From the NCBI GenBank assembly GCA_963693365.1, contig CAVNZM010000001.1, positions 928,054 to 992,053 on the forward strand: DNA of 64,000 bases, in the 5' to 3' direction. Positions 59,001 to 64,000 of the stretch are shown one piece after another. The position numbers were made by a program, and so were the translations under genes. How positions within the stretch are numbered: the stretch's first letter is position 1; each line of letters starts with the position of its first letter. This stretch comes from Amoebidium appalachense. Lineage: Eukaryota; Protista; Ichthyosporea. The notes under the pieces are model-generated. The model did not search any database. It was given only the letters and a program-made list of their open reading frames with translations, and was not told the origin of the DNA.

Positions 59001-62000
59001 GACTGGCAGGGTGGTGGTGGCTTGAAGTCCAACCTTGCCCTGGAGACGGGCAGAACGACGGGGTGCAGGAACCGGGGTAGGTGGAGACGGTGGGGGGGGG
59101 AACTTGGAAGTTCGGAAGTGCAGGGGGGGCAACCTCCGGGCTGGACGGGGCCGAGTGGAAGTTGTCGGGGGAGCCGGGTCGGATGGGTGTGACGTTGCCA
59201 GGGCCAGGATGAGGGTCGGCAGGCTGGACGGGCACGGGGGCAGGGGGGCCGGTGGGGGGGGGTGTCGGGGGGAACGACGATGGCAGGAGGGGGGCCAGAG
59301 TACACCAGACAAACATCATCTTCAGTGTCAACTGTGGGGGGTGGGGTGGTCGAGGTAGCAGTGGTGTCGGGGGTCGGAAGGGTTGATGGAATGTCGGACG
59401 GGAGATAAGCTGATTCGTCGAAAATCACATCACGGAAGAGGCCGACACGATGGGTGGTGGCATTGAAGATCCGGTGGCAGTGTGATTGAAGATCATAGCC
59501 GATATACATGCCGAGTTTGACGGTGGGGGCCAGCTTGTTCCGTTTAGAGGCTGGCACGTGAGTGTAGGCAGGGCAACCGAACACTTTGAGCTCGGAGATG
59601 TCGGGCTTGACACCGTAGAAAACCTCGAATGGTGTACGACCATTGGCAGTCGTGGACGGGGTGACGTTGATGATGTAGGCGGCATGTTGGAGGGCCTCAG
59701 CCCACAGTTTGGGAGACAGAGACTGATCTTGGACTTGATGGAGGAGGCAACGGACAATCTCTTGGAGGAACCGCATACGTCGTTCAACATAGCCGTTCAG
59801 TTGAGGGCAGTCCACCGGAGCATAGCTGGCCTTGATGCCCTGGGAGAGGCAAAAAGCACGGGTATCCTTGGAGGTGAACTCAGAGCCGGAGTCGAAGTGG
59901 TAAACACCAACTCTGGAGGGGGCATGGGTGGCAACGAGGTTGGTGTGAGCTGTGAGAATATCCAGGGTGGTGGTACGGTCGGCCATCGGGTAGATCTTGA
60001 CGAGGCCAGAGGCACGGCAGACAGTGACGAGAGCAACCTTGGAACCTCCGTACGATGTTGTGGTAGGCTCAAAAAAATCCCAATGCCATTCATGACCGGG
60101 GATGTTGGAGTGAGGACGGTCACCCCTGAACGGAGCCTTGGTGGTCTTACCCATAATGCAGCCATGACAATCAGGAACATCACAGGCGAGGACAGAGGAG
60201 GGGAGACCAATAACAAGGTCGTGTTTCACCATGTCCTTGATGCTGGTCATAGCTCGGTGCCCCAGACGATGGTGCCAGATGGATGGGTTAACACTGGTAG
60301 TGGCAGCCAGAGCCACAGGACGAGTGGGTGGTTGAATGGTGTAGTCCTTGAAGTAATACAGACCGTTGTGTAGACGGAGGTTGACGAGATGACGGCCGGT
60401 GAGTCGGTCGAAGAGGAATGACGGAGTGGAGGCATCGTTCAAATCACCCTTGATGTATTCGGCAGCAGCTTGGGATGTTGAAATGAGGAAGGCTTGGCCA
60501 GACGGGGTGTAGTAGGCTTCAATGGTTAGGGTGTTAGTGCCATGGTCGGTGGTGGTGTTGATGACGATATGGCCGGTGTGAGTGGCCAAGACGGGGGTGC
60601 CATTGAAGGCAGCAACGGGAGTCGGTGTCGGAAGGGGAGTGAGGTCATGGAAGAACTCACGGGTGGGGCAAACAGTCATGTTGCACCCGGAATCCCAGGC
60701 AGGGTCGGAGGACACGGGGACGGAGCTAGCATTGTATGCCGAGAAAGCAAAGGAGACAGATTTCTCACTGCCTTGACGGGAACGGTTGTGTCTGGACATA
60801 CGGCATTTCGGCTCAGGGCAATCGATGATCGTGTGATCAGGCTCGTGGCAGTAGGAGCATTCTTTCACGGACGGGGTGTTAGAACGAGCCGGGGAATCAG
60901 AACGACGGGAACCCGAGAAACGGGAACGACTGGGGGAACGAGACGTGGACCGGAAGGCAGGCCGGTGGGGGGAACGGGATCGGGTGTGCTGACGGGAGAG
61001 ACGAGTTCGGAGGTCCGTGCCAGAGGTACGGTCAAGTCGGGTGCGTAAGTCACGGCGAGGAAGATCACGGGGGGGAGCACTGGCATTTAATGCCATGCTG
61101 GACTTGGAGGCACGGTGGGCACGGTTGTTCCGGAGTTGCATCTTGAGGTCTTGACGTAACTCGATGCCCTTGACGTGGTTATGGAGGGACTCGAAGTCGG
61201 GGAATAGCTTATCACCGAAGTGATAGTCTTCGATAAGACGATTGAACTCAGGGGTGAGGTCGTCTCTGGTGGTGAGTTCATTGAAGAACTTCTCAGCTAG
61301 ACGAGTGAAGTGAATGGACTCATCTTGGAGAGACTGGAGCTGGTTCACGATGGTCTGCAGACGGCTCAGGTAGGTGGTGAATGATTCACCGGGCTGAAGG
61401 GCACAGGCATCCCACTGACGGTGAAGGATGCGGATCTGATCGGGTTTGCCTTGGAGATAGTGTTGACGGAATTTCCACATGGCCCGTTCAGGGTCCATGC
61501 CAATACGGTACTGGGCAACGGTGGTGAGGACGGAAGGGTCGATGTTCTGTATCATATGGAGCAGGAGGCAATTGCGGGCCTCTTTGAGTTCCGCGGTAGT
61601 GCCGTAGCCATAGAAGGGGGGTTCACCGTCAACCGCGACGGTGGTAGGGGGGACGTAGTTGTCAGCAAGGACAACATCCACGAGTCGGACACCTTTAGTG
61701 CCGGTCATCATGCCGAGAAAAATGATTTCCCATTGAAAATAGGTAGTTTTGCTATCGGGACCAGTCTTCCCTTCACCTTTCCACATGGTGATTTTGTTTA
61801 CGCCAGTTTTGTTTGGATCCATGATTGAAAAACGAGCGCGAGTTCTAGATGTGTGTAGGGAGCGTGCAAAAAGGGCTGCATAACCTGTTAATTTCTATAA
61901 GTATTTTGGGATGAAAGCAGAGACACAGTGGTGCAGTGTGAAAACACCACAGACACACACAACAACAAAACACGGAACGATCGGAGCAGTGTACACAACA

Positions 62001-62811
62001 GACATCAATGTTTAGACACGACTGAACTGAATTTATTCTGATCTTCGAATAAATACCTGAAATTCCTCTAAGTCCAATCCATACATGATTTCCGACCAGT
62101 CGGAAATCAGATCCATCTCTAATAGAAACCAATCACTAAGAACCAATTGCTTTCAGAGAGATCCGGTACGCGGAGGCGTACACGATAGGACACAGACACT
62201 AGTTAAGATCAACTCGTGTCATCATCAAGGAAGTTCTAACCTATGACATACTGCAAAGACTCAGACATATCACACTTAACCTTGATGATTGGTTAAAGCC
62301 CGGCAACACATGAAAACTAAAGTGAATTAATGAAGTCTAAACACACATGCTATTCTAAGTGTAGCCTAAGTGTGTTACCGTCCAATGAACACGTATTAAG
62401 TAACACAAATCTACCTAACATATATTAGTAGAAAAGAAATACGATTATACACATGAAGACAAGGAGAGAAAGAAAAGAAAATAAGGAAGGAGAAAGAGGA
62501 AGGAAAAGAGAGCACAGATCAACAAACAAGATAGTAATAGCATAACTATAACCAGAGATATTTATGTACACACGAACATGTACACGTCTCTCCCTGAGTG
62601 GGTGGATCCGTGTACACACATATAAATATTCTAATCGATATTACAATACACGATTAAAGCCGATACAACACGATTACAAGTATACAAGCATATCGGAGAT
62701 CGATGCTACACTTTACATAATAGGAGTGTGGCATTTACACTAAGCATATGAACTGAAACATAACACAAACTGAGAAGATCTTACCATATGTAAATACTAC
62801 GTATTACAACA
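56052..62811 (-). mobile_element. Copia A element iii with A1 LTRs (56052-56977, 61886-62811), TSD CCCGT
   Basis: CCCGT on both sides; LTRs appear identical. Confidence 0.94.
57414..61822 (-). CDS. Copia gag-pol of element iii, with frame offsets at C-runs near 59260 and 59095
   Basis: Same motifs as element ii. Confidence 0.88.
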
Positions 62812-63578
62812 CCCGTTAACTCCAAAGTTCCCCCCTCCAACCTCGAGCCCGATGATGACGTTTCCCTCATCGAGCCTGATCCCGTTCCTGTTGCCCTTGC
62901 CCCACCGACACCCCCCCCCCCACCGGCCCCCCTGCCCCCGTTCAGTTTCTCCCCGATGCCAACAACCATGCTCCCGGCAACGTCACCCCCATCCGTCCAG
63001 GCTCCCCCGACACTTTCCACTCAGCCCCAGCCAGCCCCGAGGCCCCAGCCCCGGCCGTCCCTGGTTTCCACGTTCCCCCCCTCCGGCTCTGGCACTAACC
63101 GTGCCTCCCCCCCGTCGTTCAGCTCGACTGCAAGACAAGCTCGGCCTCCAGGCTTCCATCCTCCTGCCCGTCCCCCACCCTCCCACCATCAACATTGACC
63201 AGCTGCCCAAACCCCTCCGTCAACTGTGCTCCGGCCCCAACGGAGACAGGCTGCTTTGACTACTGAGTACCAAGCCTTCGTCGACAAAGGCATTTTTGAC
63301 CTTGTCGACCCCCCCCCCCCCGGTGCCAACATCGTCGGTTTCAAGTGGATCGTCTCTGAGAAAACCCTCAACTCAGCTGGTGACACCAAGATCAAGGCCC
63401 GTGGTGTTGCTCAAGGCTTCAGTCAGGAGTTCGGTGTTGACTATGAGTTGACTGAGAGCCCCGTCATCCGTCCAGCTGCTCTCCGTGCCCTCCTGGCACT
63501 TGCCGTCGTTTAAGGCCATGACATTCATCAACTCGACGTGTCCACGGCCTTCCTGAACAGCCCACTCACCGAGACCAT

Positions 63579-64000
63579 TGTCATCTTCACATGATTCTCA
63601 GCAAGACTTAGAAGTTGAGTTTTGTATTTGTTTATTAGTTGTTGTATTGTTTCCTTTTCCTTTCTTCCTTTCTTTCTTTCGTTTCTGTTTCCGTGTACAC
63701 GACATCTTAGATCTGTGTACGTATCGACATACTTAGCTCGCGCACACGTATTGTCGTTTGTGTCAAAATCTGTATATGTCATCCAATCATATCTCGTTTG
63801 TATTTTCCCAAATATAGTAACTTACATTCCTTTCTCATTCCTTTCTCACGACGTAGCATTGTGCTATGTTCTCCAACTATTAGGAATAATTATATTTAGA
63901 CGTGTTATGATAAGAACATGTATAAATGTATGTTGTGAACTAATAGTTACATAAGTGGTTTCATTTCGTTAAATGTTTCCGTGCTTTTATTAGAAGTTTC
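63579..64000 (+). repeat. Diverged LTR type B running off the window end, inserted in the copia D RT
   Basis: TGTCATCTT start; similar to 2657-3140. Confidence 0.82.

Larger units (their letters stand above)
32087..63578 (+). pseudogene. Copia family D (A-related) gag-pol host, in pieces 32087-32752, 41002-41263, 54570-56051 and 62817-63578
   Basis: Pieces rejoin across TSDs GTACC, CAACT and CCCGT; gag, CLYCREPGHQITDC, WDSGC, integrase and RT N-terminus. Confidence 0.82.

Overview
The window is 64 kb of eukaryotic DNA made almost entirely of nested retrotransposons; I found no host gene, RNA gene or CRISPR array. It holds four related Ty1/copia lineages (my labels A-D), including three near-complete family-A elements (41264-54564, 47368-54084, 56052-62811) and many solo, truncated or internally deleted LTRs. 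It also holds one apparently intact chromodomain-bearing Ty3/gypsy element (32753-40996), one Ngaro-type tyrosine-recombinase element with split direct repeats (20327-31720), and two near-identical APE-RT LINE copies in inverted orientation (16085-19560, 20362-24553). Target-site duplications (TSDs) resolve most of the nesting order. The most unusual signals are: a split half-tRNA-iMet primer site shared by three copia families; a single in-frame UAG plus stem-loop between gypsy gag and pol; a LINE with an internal poly(A) and a C-run 3' end; a recurrent +1 offset in the C-rich copia IN-RT linker; a hairpin array in a copia 3' UTR; and two LTR types on one copia body. Coordinates were counted by eye. 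Some stretches (44600-46200, 47160-47360, 29640-30010, 31920-32090 and the homopolymers) look like low-quality consensus.
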